Shown: positions 1 through 9,915, numbered from the stretch's first letter. The stretch is DNA of 64,000 nt from an uncultured cyanobacterium (GCA_963793425.1 CAWCAG010000001.1:1-64000); one strand, 5' to 3'. Notes: generated by a model not told the origin, from the letters alone. Numbers and translations: made by a program.

Positions 1-442
1 GTAAGTTTCTGCTTCTGCATACTTTCCTTGCTCCATGTATGATAGTGCCAAATCATTGATGCTAGCTGCTATATCAAGATGTTCCTCTCCCAATAGGCGC
101 TTCTTCATATCTAAAGCTTGGAGGTAATAGGATTCAGCTTCTTTATACCTTCCTTGGCTTTCGTACAGCAATGCTAAATTATTGAGGCTATTAGCTACAT
201 TAGGATGCTCATTTCCTAACTTTCTGGACAATAGCTAATACTTCTTCAGCTAAAGAAATTGCTTCACTGTATTTTCCTTCCTCATAAAGTTGAATTACCT
301 GTTGATTAAGCCTTTCTGCTTCAGCCAATTCTTCACCTTGAGCCACCAAAACAGCAGAATCTTCCTGCCCCACAACTAACCCTGGCTGCAAAACCAACAA
401 CCCAGCAACCCCCACCAAACCCACTAACTTAATAAACCTCAT
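1..442 (-). pseudogene. Signal-peptide-bearing TPR protein (kinesin-light-chain-like repeats, type often fused to CHAT), frameshifted near 220-230; runs off the window
   Basis: ORF 209..442 stops after VLAIVQKVRK. A shifted frame continues LGNEHPNVANSLNNLALLYESQGRYKEAESYYLQALDMKKRLLGEEHLDIAAS..., which is a canonical TPR. Could be a true frameshift or a sequencing error. Confidence 0.75.
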
Positions 443-1246
443 CTCTCCCCCAACTCAACTAACTTCTGCTCCAACTCTTCAACCTTTTCCTCATCCCCCA
501 AAACCCGATAACTAGCCAAAGCCCCCTCATAAAACTCTGCTGCCAACTGCAACTCATCAATCGCCTCCTCCATCGTCCCCAACTCAACCTGACTAATCCC
601 CTGTGCCTCCCAATTCCCTTCCTCCTTAGCCAATTCCAAAGCCTGCAAATACCCTTCCTGTGCCAAAAAGCTCAAATCCACATCCTGATAAACTTCAGCC
701 AAAAGCAAATGAACTGCCGTAGTTTCACTTCCCCCTGCCACCAACTTCGCCAAAACTTCAATGGCTTCTGATTGCAAACCCTTACGACGATACAAATGCG
801 CTAAAGCTAAAGCCTTTCCTTTACCCTGCAAAGGCTGTTGCTGCAATTCCTCAACTTCCCTACTAACCCTTGCTGCCTCTTCTGCTTCCAACAAAGAAAA
901 ACGTGTATATGATTCTTCCTGAGAAGATGCTCCGTTGTCAGCAGTAACAATTACTGAATAACTATTTTCTGGTTGCAAAGGTTTCTCACCCCCATAACCC
1001 TCTTCTGTCAGATTCCGATTTTTCCTATTATTTGAACTTCCTGGACAAATGATATACTAGGGAATGCAGAGTGCAATAATCGAATTTTGGCAATTTTGCT
1101 GCTTGCAAGAATTTTTAGGAAGAAAAAATATTGCGATCGCATACTATACAAAAGCTCCAGAATTTAGAAATGACTTTTGTTTCCGGAGATTGACAGAAGA
1201 GGGATAAACCACCTCCGTCCCTTCAACCTCAGTTTGCCAAACAAAG
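439..1246 (-). pseudogene. TPR-containing protein, interrupted by a MITE and missing its 5' part
   Basis: Removing 998..1203 plus one ATAA restores the frame SFVWQTEVEGTEVVY|GGEKPLQPENSY... into ORF 439..978. The upstream part ends at a second inverted-repeat element starting at 1247. Confidence 0.75.
998..1203. mobile_element. 206-bp MITE with 13-bp perfect TIRs and 4-bp TSD
   Basis: CCCTCTTCTGTCA (998-1010) and TGACAGAAGAGGG (1191-1203); ATAA duplicated at 994-997 and 1204-1207; no ORF inside. Confidence 0.9.
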
Positions 1247-1539
1247 CTCACGGGGTGACAGGTGTCTTAAAACCGATTCAGTTAAGGCTTTTAGCTCGCT
1301 GACCTTCAAAAAGATTAGAGCTTATTGACAGGTCTATTGATACCTAGATAGCGCTCAACATGGTGACAGTTGAGTCGCTTACGATTTATACTATTCAAGT
1401 GCTTTCATCCATAGCGATCGCATATTAGATTACCTAATTTTATAGTCAATAAGGGTGTCAATAAGCGTCACTTTTTCGGAGGGTCAAATAGCTGGAAGCC
1501 CTGTATGCATAGCTTTCCAATCCCTTGTCACCCCGTGAG
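1247..1539. mobile_element. 293-bp non-autonomous IS-derived element with long imperfect terminal inverted repeats
   Basis: CTCACGGGGTGACA (1247-1260) and TGTCACCCCGTGAG (1526-1539) form a perfect IR. Inner imperfect IR blocks are also mirrored (TGACC..AAAAAG and GCTTATTGACA). No TSD is visible. Confidence 0.75.
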
Positions 1540-1699
1540 GAAGTATTATTTTGAATATTGAGCAAATGCTTATTCTCAATAAAGTTTAAAAGTCAACTTC
1601 CTTGAGAAATAAATACGTTTATTACATAGGGGTAGTATAGCAAGATTATTACCTTTGTTAATTAAATAGTAATATTTACAGGCAAAGCATTTTGCCTAA

Positions 1700-2404
1700 T
1701 TATTCTTCTGGCAATTCCCCAAAACGCTCCCTATACTGAGCTAATAAAGCTTCAGCTTGTTCAGCCCTTTGTTGTTGTGCGATCGCAACTTCTTCTGGTG
1801 TAGGAATTAACTCCCTTTTATCTGTAAAAAAGCGTAGTTTTTCTTCGTGAACACCTAAATACAATCCTAATTGCCCACTCCAAAGCAAGCCTTCCTCATT
1901 AGGCTGCATTTTCTCATAGGTTCCTCGAATTAAGGCAAACCCTTCAAATTCCAAACTCTCTGGATCAAGCCAAAAATATTCTGGTGTACGAAAAGTATCT
2001 TGATAAATCTGCTTTTTCAATCCCTTATCTGTTTTTGTCGTTGAACTAGACAACAACTCCACAATTACATTAGGATACTTGCCCTCTTCCTCCCAAACTA
2101 CCCAACTCTTACGAGGTTTACGTTCTGTATCCAATACCACAAAAAAATCTGGCCCTCGGAAATCTTCTGACTTTCTTTGTTTCGGGCTATAGTAAATGGT
2201 CAAATTACCAGTAGCGAAATAGTCATTACGTTCTCGCCACCACCAATCTAAACATTTAATCAGCAGCAACATCTGCTGCAAGTGGAGATATGTTTCCAAG
2301 GGTGGTTCGTTACTTTCTAACTCACTAAAAGGGAAGAGTATCTCTTCTGAGACAACATCTCCATTGATGGCATTAAGAGATTTTACATCCTGAGTAAAGG
2401 ACAT
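1700..2404 (-). CDS. Uma2 family (DUF820) PD-(D/E)XK putative endonuclease
   Basis: GPDFFVV...RKSWVVWEE...PNVIVELLSSST...YQDTFRTPEYFW motifs; short coiled-coil tail. Confidence 0.9.
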   Translation of the reverse strand: MSFTQDVKSLNAINGDVVSEEILFPFSELESNEPPLETYLHLQQMLLLIKCLDWWWRERNDYFATGNLTIYYSPKQRKSEDFRGPDFFVVLDTERKPRKSWVVWEEEGKYPNVIVELLSSSTTKTDKGLKKQIYQDTFRTPEYFWLDPESLEFEGFALIRGTYEKMQPNEEGLLWSGQLGLYLGVHEEKLRFFTDKRELIPTPEEVAIAQQQRAEQAEALLAQYRERFGELPEE

Positions 2405-2492
2405 GGCAAAAAGTTGGCAAGATGGGGGTTGGGAATTTAATACTTCCAGTTTAACTAATTGTTGCTTTTATGTTGTAGAGGAGAAGATTAAA

Positions 2493-2542
2493 GAATCTGT
2501 CCTCTAATAACGGAGTTTTAAACCTTTTTTTGTTTCGATAAA
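2493..2542 (-). mobile_element. Solitary IS200/IS605 left-end remnant
   Basis: GAATC..CGGAGTTTTAAACCTTTTTTT..TTTCGATAAA closely matches the left end of the tnpB element at 9384-9434, but no transposase or tnpB follows. Confidence 0.6.
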
Positions 2543-2554
2543 ACAGAGGTTATT

Positions 2555-3685
2555 TTACCTACTAGCAGCAATAAAATCAAGCATCTTTTCTTTCACTGAA
2601 GCAGTTTCTACATTCTCTTGAGGATTTCTTCTCACAATCCCAGCATTCTTTAAAAATGCCTTACCTAAAGTAGCCAAAACTTCTATATTATAAGGACTCG
2701 CATCATCTATCGCTTCAATAACCTCAATACGTCCTCTTTTAATCTTCTTTCTTTCCTCTTCATCCAAACTACTTAATAATTCTTGCTTTAATTCACTATC
2801 CATTAAGCTAGCTAAATATTGAGTTGATAAGTTGGGTTGCAAACGTAAATAACGGTCTGGTTTATCTTCACCAAAAAGGATTTCTCTAGCTATATAATCA
2901 TTAATATCTAAAGGCCCATCCATGAGAACATCAATAATATGTCCTGCCCAATTTAATACTCCCCAAGTTCTCGCTTCTTCATAGGAAATGGGTTTAGTCA
3001 CATCACCTGTACCAATAGAAAGTACACTAATATTTCTCAAATCGTTGCCCAATCTTACTGCCTCCGCCAAAGCACAAGCAACAGGATTATTTGCACTAAC
3101 TCCACCATCAATACCCGAAAATTCCTCGTCTCTAGGTTTAGGAATTCTGTAAGCAGGAAAAAAAGTTGGTGCAGATGCAGAACAAACACAAAGTTCCCAG
3201 ACAGGAATATCGGCATACCACATTTTATGTCGCCAACTTTTGAAAACTTCAGGGCGACGGGTAATCGTATCATAGGAAGTAATTAATAATTTCCCAGGAG
3301 ATTCAACACTGGGAGTAAGTTCTCCTAGGGTTGTTTTTGCTCCAAACTGTTCTTTTAAAACCTCAATCAAACCATCATGGGAAAATTTCGGTGCAGAAAG
3401 ACCACGTTCTAAAACTATTTTTAATCTCCGGGGATTAAAATATCCCCAAGTTCCGCTATAGGGAAAAATTCTGTGACCGTTTTCTCTGTATAAATTAAGT
3501 AAGTCACGAGCAGATTTTTTACCAGCAATTCCCGTAGCAATAATCGAACCGGTAGAAGTTCCAGCAATTAAGTCAAAATATTCATGCAAAGGTTGATCAA
3601 CTAATTTTTCAAACCCTTCTAAGATTTGTGCAGCTAGAGTACCGCGAATTCCACCACCATCCAGACTCAAAATACGATAGGGCAT
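2555..3685 (-). CDS. Patatin-like phospholipase
   Basis: DGGGIRG oxyanion motif, GTSTG nucleophile elbow, SASAPTFF, DGG catalytic Asp. Confidence 0.92.
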   Translation of the reverse strand: MPYRILSLDGGGIRGTLAAQILEGFEKLVDQPLHEYFDLIAGTSTGSIIATGIAGKKSARDLLNLYRENGHRIFPYSGTWGYFNPRRLKIVLERGLSAPKFSHDGLIEVLKEQFGAKTTLGELTPSVESPGKLLITSYDTITRRPEVFKSWRHKMWYADIPVWELCVCSASAPTFFPAYRIPKPRDEEFSGIDGGVSANNPVACALAEAVRLGNDLRNISVLSIGTGDVTKPISYEEARTWGVLNWAGHIIDVLMDGPLDINDYIAREILFGEDKPDRYLRLQPNLSTQYLASLMDSELKQELLSSLDEEERKKIKRGRIEVIEAIDDASPYNIEVLATLGKAFLKNAGIVRRNPQENVETASVKEKMLDFIAASR

Positions 3686-3764
3686 ATTGTTTTAGGCAAT
3701 AGTAATACAGTCGTGCTAAATATAAGTATGCCAAGAGTATGCCAATTATCAAAGCGGAACACAT

Positions 3765-3798
3765 TAAAAAGAAAAAGGGTAGCCAATGACTACCCTTT
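3765..3798 (-). terminator. Intrinsic terminator hairpin
   Basis: AAAGGGTAG-CCAATGA-CTACCCTTT stem followed on the minus strand by T-rich tail. Confidence 0.6.
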
Positions 3799-3947
3799 AG
3801 TTAGGTATGTATGGTCGTAGTGTGCATAACTACTGCTTTAATGACTAGATTATTTAAGGGGAAGTTTCCTAAATCAAGTTCTCTAAAGTATTATTAAGCT
3901 TAAATAAACTACTAAGAACGAAGTTAACAATGCGATTCCAGGGACAT

Positions 3948-3978
3948 GAAAATAGGCCAGGTATTGTAACCTGACCTA
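3948..3978 (-). terminator. Intrinsic terminator hairpin
   Basis: Minus strand TAGGTCAGG-TTACAATA-CCTGGCCTA-TTTT. Confidence 0.6.
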
Positions 3979-4093
3979 ATTAGATCATGTCTGAGGATTT
4001 TTAACTAAGTGTGAGGACAAATGTAGTTACTTAATGTCCGCCCTTAATATCTTCTTACTCAAGGGTAATGTTAAATCTAAGAAAAGATTAAGG

Positions 4094-4579
4094 TTAAGTA
4101 TTTTTATTGCTTTGAGATTTAATTTCCTGCAACAAACCCGAACAAGCATCTAAAAGCAAATCAATTACATTATCAAACCCTTCGGGGCCACCATAATAAG
4201 GATCAGGAACTTCTTTCTCTTGATGTTCAGAAGCATAATCACACATCAAACGTACTTTAGATTGATATTTGCTTTCTTGATCTAAAGCCAGAATATTATT
4301 ATAGTTATCTCTATCCATCGCTAAAATCAAGTCAAACTCCGCAAAATCTGACCTGATAAATTGCCTAGCTTCACCTTTAAGTTCAATGCCTCGTTTCTTC
4401 GCAGCAGAATTCATACGCCGATCCGGAGGAGAACCAATATGATAGCTAGAAGTCCCTGCCGAATCACAAACAATTTCATCGGTCAAACCAGCTTCAGCAA
4501 TTAAGTGGTTCATAATATTTTCTGCTGAAGGAGAACGGCAAATATTTCCTAAGCAAACAAAAAGTAGTTTTTCAGCCAT
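4094..4579 (-). CDS. Low molecular weight protein-tyrosine phosphatase
   Basis: FVCLGNICRS P-loop and DPYY motif. Confidence 0.95.
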   Translation of the reverse strand: MAEKLLFVCLGNICRSPSAENIMNHLIAEAGLTDEIVCDSAGTSSYHIGSPPDRRMNSAAKKRGIELKGEARQFIRSDFAEFDLILAMDRDNYNNILALDQESKYQSKVRLMCDYASEHQEKEVPDPYYGGPEGFDNVIDLLLDACSGLLQEIKSQSNKNT

Positions 4580-4705
4580 TGTTTCGGAGATTTAGGGAAT
4601 AAAGAAATGGACGAGGGATCGCTCTTTCACCCTAATGACAAATGTCAATGGCATGGAATGCCCCTATCGCCATTTCTTTTAGTCTTTTTTAATCTAGACC
4701 CCCAA

Positions 4706-5059
4706 CTACATACCTGGGAGATTTAAACCACTGGTGAGTTCTTCCATACGCCCTCGCATTGTCTCTGTGGACTTACTGTAGGCATCTTTCATTGCTTCTG
4801 TCACTAATGCCGAAAGCGCTTCTTCTCCTTTAGCTATAGCATCAGGGGAAATAGTTACACTCTTTGGTTCTTGATTACCACTCATTACTACCCTAACAAG
4901 CCCATCCTCACTTTGCCCTTCAATTTCCATTGCTTCTAGTTCAACTTGGAGTTGTTGCGCTCCTTGTTGAACTTGCTGAGCTTTTTTGAACGCTTCGGTA
5001 AGTTCTTTCATTTTACCCAAACCAAAACCGAATCCTTGTCCTTTGTTCCCTTTGTTCAT
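4706..5059 (-). CDS. ybaB: YbaB/EbfC family nucleoid-associated protein
   Basis: KKAQQVQ...[17 protein letters not shown] pattern; located next to murB. Confidence 0.88.
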   Translation of the reverse strand: MNKGNKGQGFGFGLGKMKELTEAFKKAQQVQQGAQQLQVELEAMEIEGQSEDGLVRVVMSGNQEPKSVTISPDAIAKGEEALSALVTEAMKDAYSKSTETMRGRMEELTSGLNLPGM

Positions 5060-5169
5060 ATCTAGTTCTCAATTGTCTTCAACTTACCAGCTTACCTTAG
5101 CCTAGTGAAAAGGCGATCGCCTCAAGATTATCTAACTAGCAATTTCATTTGCTGGTTAGATAACCGTCC

Positions 5170-6138
5170 CTAAAACTTGCCTAACATTTTAACTTCTGGT
5201 TCTAAACATAACGACCAGTGTTGTTCTACTTGCTCTTGAATATAATGAATCAACCGGAAAATATCGCTAGCAGTAGCACCACCACAATTAAGGATGAAGT
5301 TAGCATGGCGATGAGCTATTTGGGCCCCACCAATTTGATAGCCTTTCAAGCCCAATTGCTCAATTAACCGACCAGCAGAATGAGGTTTGGGGTTACGGAA
5401 AACACTGCCACAACTGGGGAGATGATAGGGTTGAGAACTTTTACGCTGTCGTAAGTTTCTGTTGGTGTCTTCCATAACTTCTGTGCGACTAAATCCTGGT
5501 TGTAACTGGAAAGTCGCTTGGGTTACTAAGTTATTCTCTCCTTGCAAGCTAGAAGTACGGTAACTGAAATTCAAGTCTGAAGCTTTAAGGCGCTCGACAT
5601 TACCCGTGGGAGAAAGAACCATCGTATCCACCAGGCTATCTGCTACACATTTACTATGGGCCCCTGCATTCATTACTACTCCTCCCCCTACGGTTCCAGG
5701 TATACCAACAGCCCATTCTAAACCTCGCCAACCCCGCTTAGCTGCTTGGTAAGCAATACGAGCAATAGGTTCCCCCGCACCAGCAGTAATTTGCCCTGTT
5801 TCGAGATCAAATTGAGTATGGCGCAAGTAGCGAGTGCCAACTACTAAGCCAGGAATGCCGCGATCGCTAACGAGTAAATTAGAGCCTGCCCCTAAAAGAG
5901 TAATAGGTAAGTCGCGAGATTTAGCCCATTCAAAGCTAGCTAATAAATCTTCCCATTGCCGTGGAGTAACATACCATTGGGCGGGGCCTCCTACACGGAA
6001 AGAGGTTATTTGCCCTAGATTGAACTGGGGCTTGATCAGACAATCACCTCCAGCTAAATTAATTGGAGACTTAGTAGATTTGTTGACACCAGAAAAGGTG
6101 GTTTTGGTTACGCTAGAAGGAGAATAGGACAGTGTCAT
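5170..6138 (-). CDS. murB: UDP-N-acetylmuramate dehydrogenase
   Basis: LGAGSNLL, GIPGTVGGGVVMNAGA, GSVFRNP, HANFILN motifs. Confidence 0.96.
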   Translation of the reverse strand: MTLSYSPSSVTKTTFSGVNKSTKSPINLAGGDCLIKPQFNLGQITSFRVGGPAQWYVTPRQWEDLLASFEWAKSRDLPITLLGAGSNLLVSDRGIPGLVVGTRYLRHTQFDLETGQITAGAGEPIARIAYQAAKRGWRGLEWAVGIPGTVGGGVVMNAGAHSKCVADSLVDTMVLSPTGNVERLKASDLNFSYRTSSLQGENNLVTQATFQLQPGFSRTEVMEDTNRNLRQRKSSQPYHLPSCGSVFRNPKPHSAGRLIEQLGLKGYQIGGAQIAHRHANFILNCGGATASDIFRLIHYIQEQVEQHWSLCLEPEVKMLGKF

Positions 6139-6242
6139 AAGAATACTTTTTTCAGGTGGGATCTAAACTAAACAGGTTTATAACTACTTGTGGAAGTAAA
6201 GCTCCCTGATGGTATTAATTTCTTCAGGGTTCTTAATCTTAT

Positions 6243-7739
6243 TTATCCCGCGAGCATCACTGGAATAGTTTGATTAAGATTTCCTGCTCCTAGAAATAGT
6301 GCCAGATCCCCAGGTTGAAGAATATCTGGCAAGAAGTTACTAAGAGAAGATAGGGGTTGATAAAACACTTGGGGATGATGTGCCGCAATGGCTTGAGATA
6401 ACTTTTGCCCGGTAATTTTCCCTGAATTAGGTTCTCCGGCACTATATATATCCGTAACTACTACTACATCAGCCTGACTGAAGGCTTGAGCAAATTCTTC
6501 TAGAAAAGTTAGGGTACGACTGTAGCGATGGGGTTGAAAAATTGCGATTACTCTTTTCAAAGAGCTATTTTGCTCCTCTTGGCATAGTCTCAAGCGTGCT
6601 GCTGTGAGGGTAACGCTTATTTCGCTAGGGTGATGGGCATAATCATCGATAAAGGTAACACCTTTATTTTTACCTCGGTATTCAAAGCGCCTTTTTGCCC
6701 CTTTAAAAGTTGCTAGGCCCTTGGCAATCGCCGCAAATTCTAAGCCGAGATGCCTGCCGACAGCAACGGCAGCTAGGGCGTTGCTAAGATTATGGAGTCC
6801 TAACAAAGGAAGTTCTAATTGCCCCAGGGCTGTTCCTTTTTCCCAAACTTCGGCCCTAGATCCCCAAGAATGATAAGTGACATTTTTTACTGTATAGTCT
6901 GCCCCTTTTTCTGGCTCAATACTGTAACTTATTTGCGGTTGGAAAGTGCTGCTTAGTGTTTCACAATCAAGACATCCCACTAATGTTTCACACTGACTCT
7001 CAAAGGTCCTAAAAATATCAACTACTTCTTCGATGCTTTGATAGTGGTCAGGATGATCTAATTCAATATTAGTTATGACACCAAGGCTAGCTGAAATTTT
7101 GGTCAAAGAGCCATCTGATTCATCAGCTTCTGCAACTAAGAATGGCCCACTACCTAAACGCGCATTTCCTTCCCAAGCATCCACTTCTCCACCCACAATG
7201 ATAGTGGGATCAACCCCAGCTTGGAGAAGCATATAACCAATTAAGCTGCTAGTGGTTGTTTTGCCATGAGTCCCTGCCACAGCAATGCTTTTATATTCTT
7301 TCACCAACGCCGCTAATAAATCAGAGCGATGGAAGATTGTACAGCCTTTTTCTTGGGCAGCTTGGTACTCAACATTGGTTGAGGTGATAGCTGTAGAACA
7401 AATTACTTGGGGTAAACTTACCCCTAATTGCTCTTGCTTATGGGGAGCCGTTAAGGTTGCTGTTTCTTGAGCTTTCCCTCTGACGGTGGCTGTTGCGCTT
7501 AAACGATCGCCCCTTACAGGCTTCCGATTTTGGAAATAATCTAAGTTAGCTGCTTGTTGAGAACTAAAGATATGAGTACCAACAGATTGCAAACGCTTAG
7601 TAATATGACTAGAACGGAGGTCAGAACCAGATACTGGTAACTGACGTTTGGCTAAAACATAAGCTAGAGCTGACATTCCAATACCGCCAATACCGATAAA
7701 ATGGAATGGCTTACCACTAAAGTTAACGGTTTTCGACAT
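6243..7739 (-). CDS. murC: UDP-N-acetylmuramate--L-alanine ligase (start moved to MSKTVNF, preceded by GAGGAG)
   Basis: HFIGIGGIGMS, GTHGKTTT, EADESD, DDYAHHP motifs. Confidence 0.96.
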   Translation of the reverse strand: MSKTVNFSGKPFHFIGIGGIGMSALAYVLAKRQLPVSGSDLRSSHITKRLQSVGTHIFSSQQAANLDYFQNRKPVRGDRLSATATVRGKAQETATLTAPHKQEQLGVSLPQVICSTAITSTNVEYQAAQEKGCTIFHRSDLLAALVKEYKSIAVAGTHGKTTTSSLIGYMLLQAGVDPTIIVGGEVDAWEGNARLGSGPFLVAEADESDGSLTKISASLGVITNIELDHPDHYQSIEEVVDIFRTFESQCETLVGCLDCETLSSTFQPQISYSIEPEKGADYTVKNVTYHSWGSRAEVWEKGTALGQLELPLLGLHNLSNALAAVAVGRHLGLEFAAIAKGLATFKGAKRRFEYRGKNKGVTFIDDYAHHPSEISVTLTAARLRLCQEEQNSSLKRVIAIFQPHRYSRTLTFLEEFAQAFSQADVVVVTDIYSAGEPNSGKITGQKLSQAIAAHHPQVFYQPLSSLSNFLPDILQPGDLALFLGAGNLNQTIPVMLAG

Positions 7740-8120
7740 TAAATCTCCTCGCACACCATACCACACACCAAAACCAAGTTGATAATACGCGATATCATAC
7801 CAAGAATTCTTTTTTAGAGATACACTAAATAAAAAATTTCTGATGATAAGTGCATGATTACTACAGGTTAATTTATCCATCAACACCGTTGTATTGCTGA
7901 TGAAAAATTATTTCTATACTAATCAGAGCAATTTCTTATTTGTCCGGAAAATCCCAATAGTCTGGCTGGTTAGATTCTTGTTTTTGACATCCTCCCCGCT
8001 CTAAAGAGACGGGGATTGCTCATCTACCCAAACAACGACAGTTGAACAGGTTTTAAGTGGGTTGACGTTTCTTTGGGTGCTGCTACGGTTGTAGTCTTAC
8101 GCTTCCCTCCACGTCCGTTT

Positions 8121-8168
8121 CTTGCTCCGCGTTCCCTTGCGCCTTTCGGCGGCGCGGGTTCGGTGCGC
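8121..8168 (-). repeat. ~48-bp GC-rich structured dispersed mini-repeat, copy A
   Basis: Minus strand GCGCACCG-AACCCGCGCCGCCGAAAGGCGCAAGGGAACG-CGGAGCAAG; homologous to 9018-9066 and 47601-47648. Confidence 0.85.
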
Positions 8169-9017
8169 TTTAAAGTCTCAGGGTGTCCCCCCGCGACTTT
8201 GATATTTACGGCAGCGTTAACATCTCTATCGTGAACTGCACCGCAGTTCAAGCAAGTCCATTCCCGAATAGCAGAGTTCCTGCTTGCCGCCTCTAAAACC
8301 ACACTCAAGAGCATCTCTGTGATGTGGGTTCCCATCTATCTATTACCCTAAATTCTCTGCCATACATTACTGATTTAGCTTCTAACATAGTTCTGAAACT
8401 ACGCCAACCTAAATCACTTATGGCACGGGACAATTTACGGTTTCGGAGCATTCCCGATACGTTTAAATCTTCTAGAATTATCGTTTGGTTTTCACGAATT
8501 ATCCTAGTTGACAGCTTATGTAGAAAATCATGCTCTGGTGTCTTTTATCTTGGCATAAAGCTTGGCTACTCTTTTTCTGGCTACTTCTCGCCTCTTACTA
8601 CCTTTAGTCTTTCTGGCAAGGTTGACGTTGTAGTTTCCTAAGCTTTTTTAGTTTCTTCTTTAAGGGTTTTGGGGCTTTAATTTTCTCTCCGTTACTTAAT
8701 GTGGCAAAGTCGGTTATTCCTAAGTCGATTCCTACACTTGAGTGTGACTTAGGTAAGTTTTGTGGTGGGATTTCAACTACGAAGCTTATGAAGTATCTAT
8801 CAGCACTATCTTTGATTACTCTTAGAGATGTGGGAGTTGAGGGAAGTTCTCTTGAGAGTATAGGGTTAATGTTACCAATTTTAGCTAGGTAAACTTGTTG
8901 CCCTTCCATTGAGAAGGCTGATTTGGTGAATGCTGCACTTTGTTGATTACTCCGCTTTTTGAACTTTGGTGGTAAGACTCTTTTACCTTTTCTTTTGCCC
9001 TTACATGAGTTAAAGAA

Positions 9018-9066
9018 GCGGATGCGACCCCGCGTCGGCGAAAGACGCAAGGGAACGCGCACCAAG
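9018..9066 (+). repeat. Structured dispersed mini-repeat, copy B
   Basis: GCGGATGCG-ACCCCGCGTCGGCGAAAGACGCAAGGGAACG-CGCACCAAG; adds 17 codons in frame to tnpB. Confidence 0.85.
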
Positions 9067-9915
9067 CAGTTCTTGTAGGCTGCGGCTAGGTTTCTTAAGG
9101 TTTGTTGTAAGGGGACTGCTGATACATCCCTTAGCCACTTTCTTTCTTCACTCTTTTTGGCTATGGTTAACAGGCTAGATAGTTTGTTGTAGTTTAATGC
9201 TTTGCCTAAGTTTTTGCATAGTGCCAGAGCATCGTTCCAAACGACGCGGATACAGCCAAATAGTTGAGCTAGTTTTGTTTTCTGCTCCTTTGTTGGGTAA
9301 AATCTGTATCTGTATCTAGCTTTCATGTTGGTTGCAACAGTTGCTATTGGCAAATTATGTTTATTGTACCTGAAAAAATCAACGAATCCGCCCTAAAACG
9401 GCGGGGTTTTAAACCTTTTTTTCGTTTTGATAAATTCCCAGGCAATGTTATAACTGTTGACTTCATAAGACTTACAACCTCCATTGATCAAGGGTGATAG
9501 GCAAGGTAAGTTGTCTATGATGAGTGCAACAATTGAGGGACTATTTAAGGTAGATAGTTCACCTGAATTTTATTGTTAAAACTTAGATATTTTCAGTATT
9601 CAAGCTATTGCTTTGATGCTTGACAAACTTCATGATTAAAATAATTTAATTCAGTGTAGGTGATGAAATAATCACTCTCTTGCTTTTATCGCATCTATCT
9701 TAGGTGGTAGGTGTTGACAAGCCAAAAACTCAGTAAACGCCCCCTCATATTCAAACAGATCCTTTCTTCTTTAATTGGCTTGTAGGCTGTGCCACTAGCA
9801 ACTAACCAAAAAATAATCAACCTTGCTAGTTTCGATTTGTTCTTGCTATGCGATATGATCGGGTTTATTAAGATTTTTTTAATGTATTCATCTTGAAGAT
9901 AGAGGGCAAGAAGTA

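Larger units (their letters stand above)
8024..9326 (-). pseudogene. tnpB: TnpB RNA-guided nuclease, frameshifted and carrying two 51-nt insertions
   Basis: Fragments MKARYRYRFYP..GIDLG.. and ..[17 protein letters not shown]. Several apparent single-base insertions relative to the intact copy at 33462. Confidence 0.88.
7984..9429 (-). mobile_element. IS200/IS605-family non-autonomous (tnpB-only) element
   Basis: Right end ...CCCCGTCTCTTTAGAGCGGGGAGGATGTCAA. Left-end hairpin CCGCC/GGCGG near 9388-9404, preceded on the minus strand by TTTAT. tnpB lies between; no tnpA. Confidence 0.85.

Noticed and set aside
1180..1540. Possible CRISPR repeat/leader
   Set aside because: No repeat-spacer periodicity; explained by two IR elements and a coding remnant.
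2555..3685. Patatin as a CBASS CapV effector
   Set aside because: No CD-NTase or other CBASS gene nearby; stand-alone patatins are common.
3880..3955. Small hydrophobic peptide on the minus strand (type I toxin-like)
   Set aside because: No ATG/GTG/TTG start upstream of the hydrophobic stretch and no RBS after the in-frame stop.
4005..4020. Yfr1 sRNA
   Set aside because: The sequence is GTCCTCACAC, not the full ACTCCTCACAC motif, and the two-hairpin context is not evident.
7740..7886. 49-aa N-terminal extension of MurC in the ORF track
   Set aside because: A GAGGAG RBS precedes the ATG at 7739 and homology starts there.
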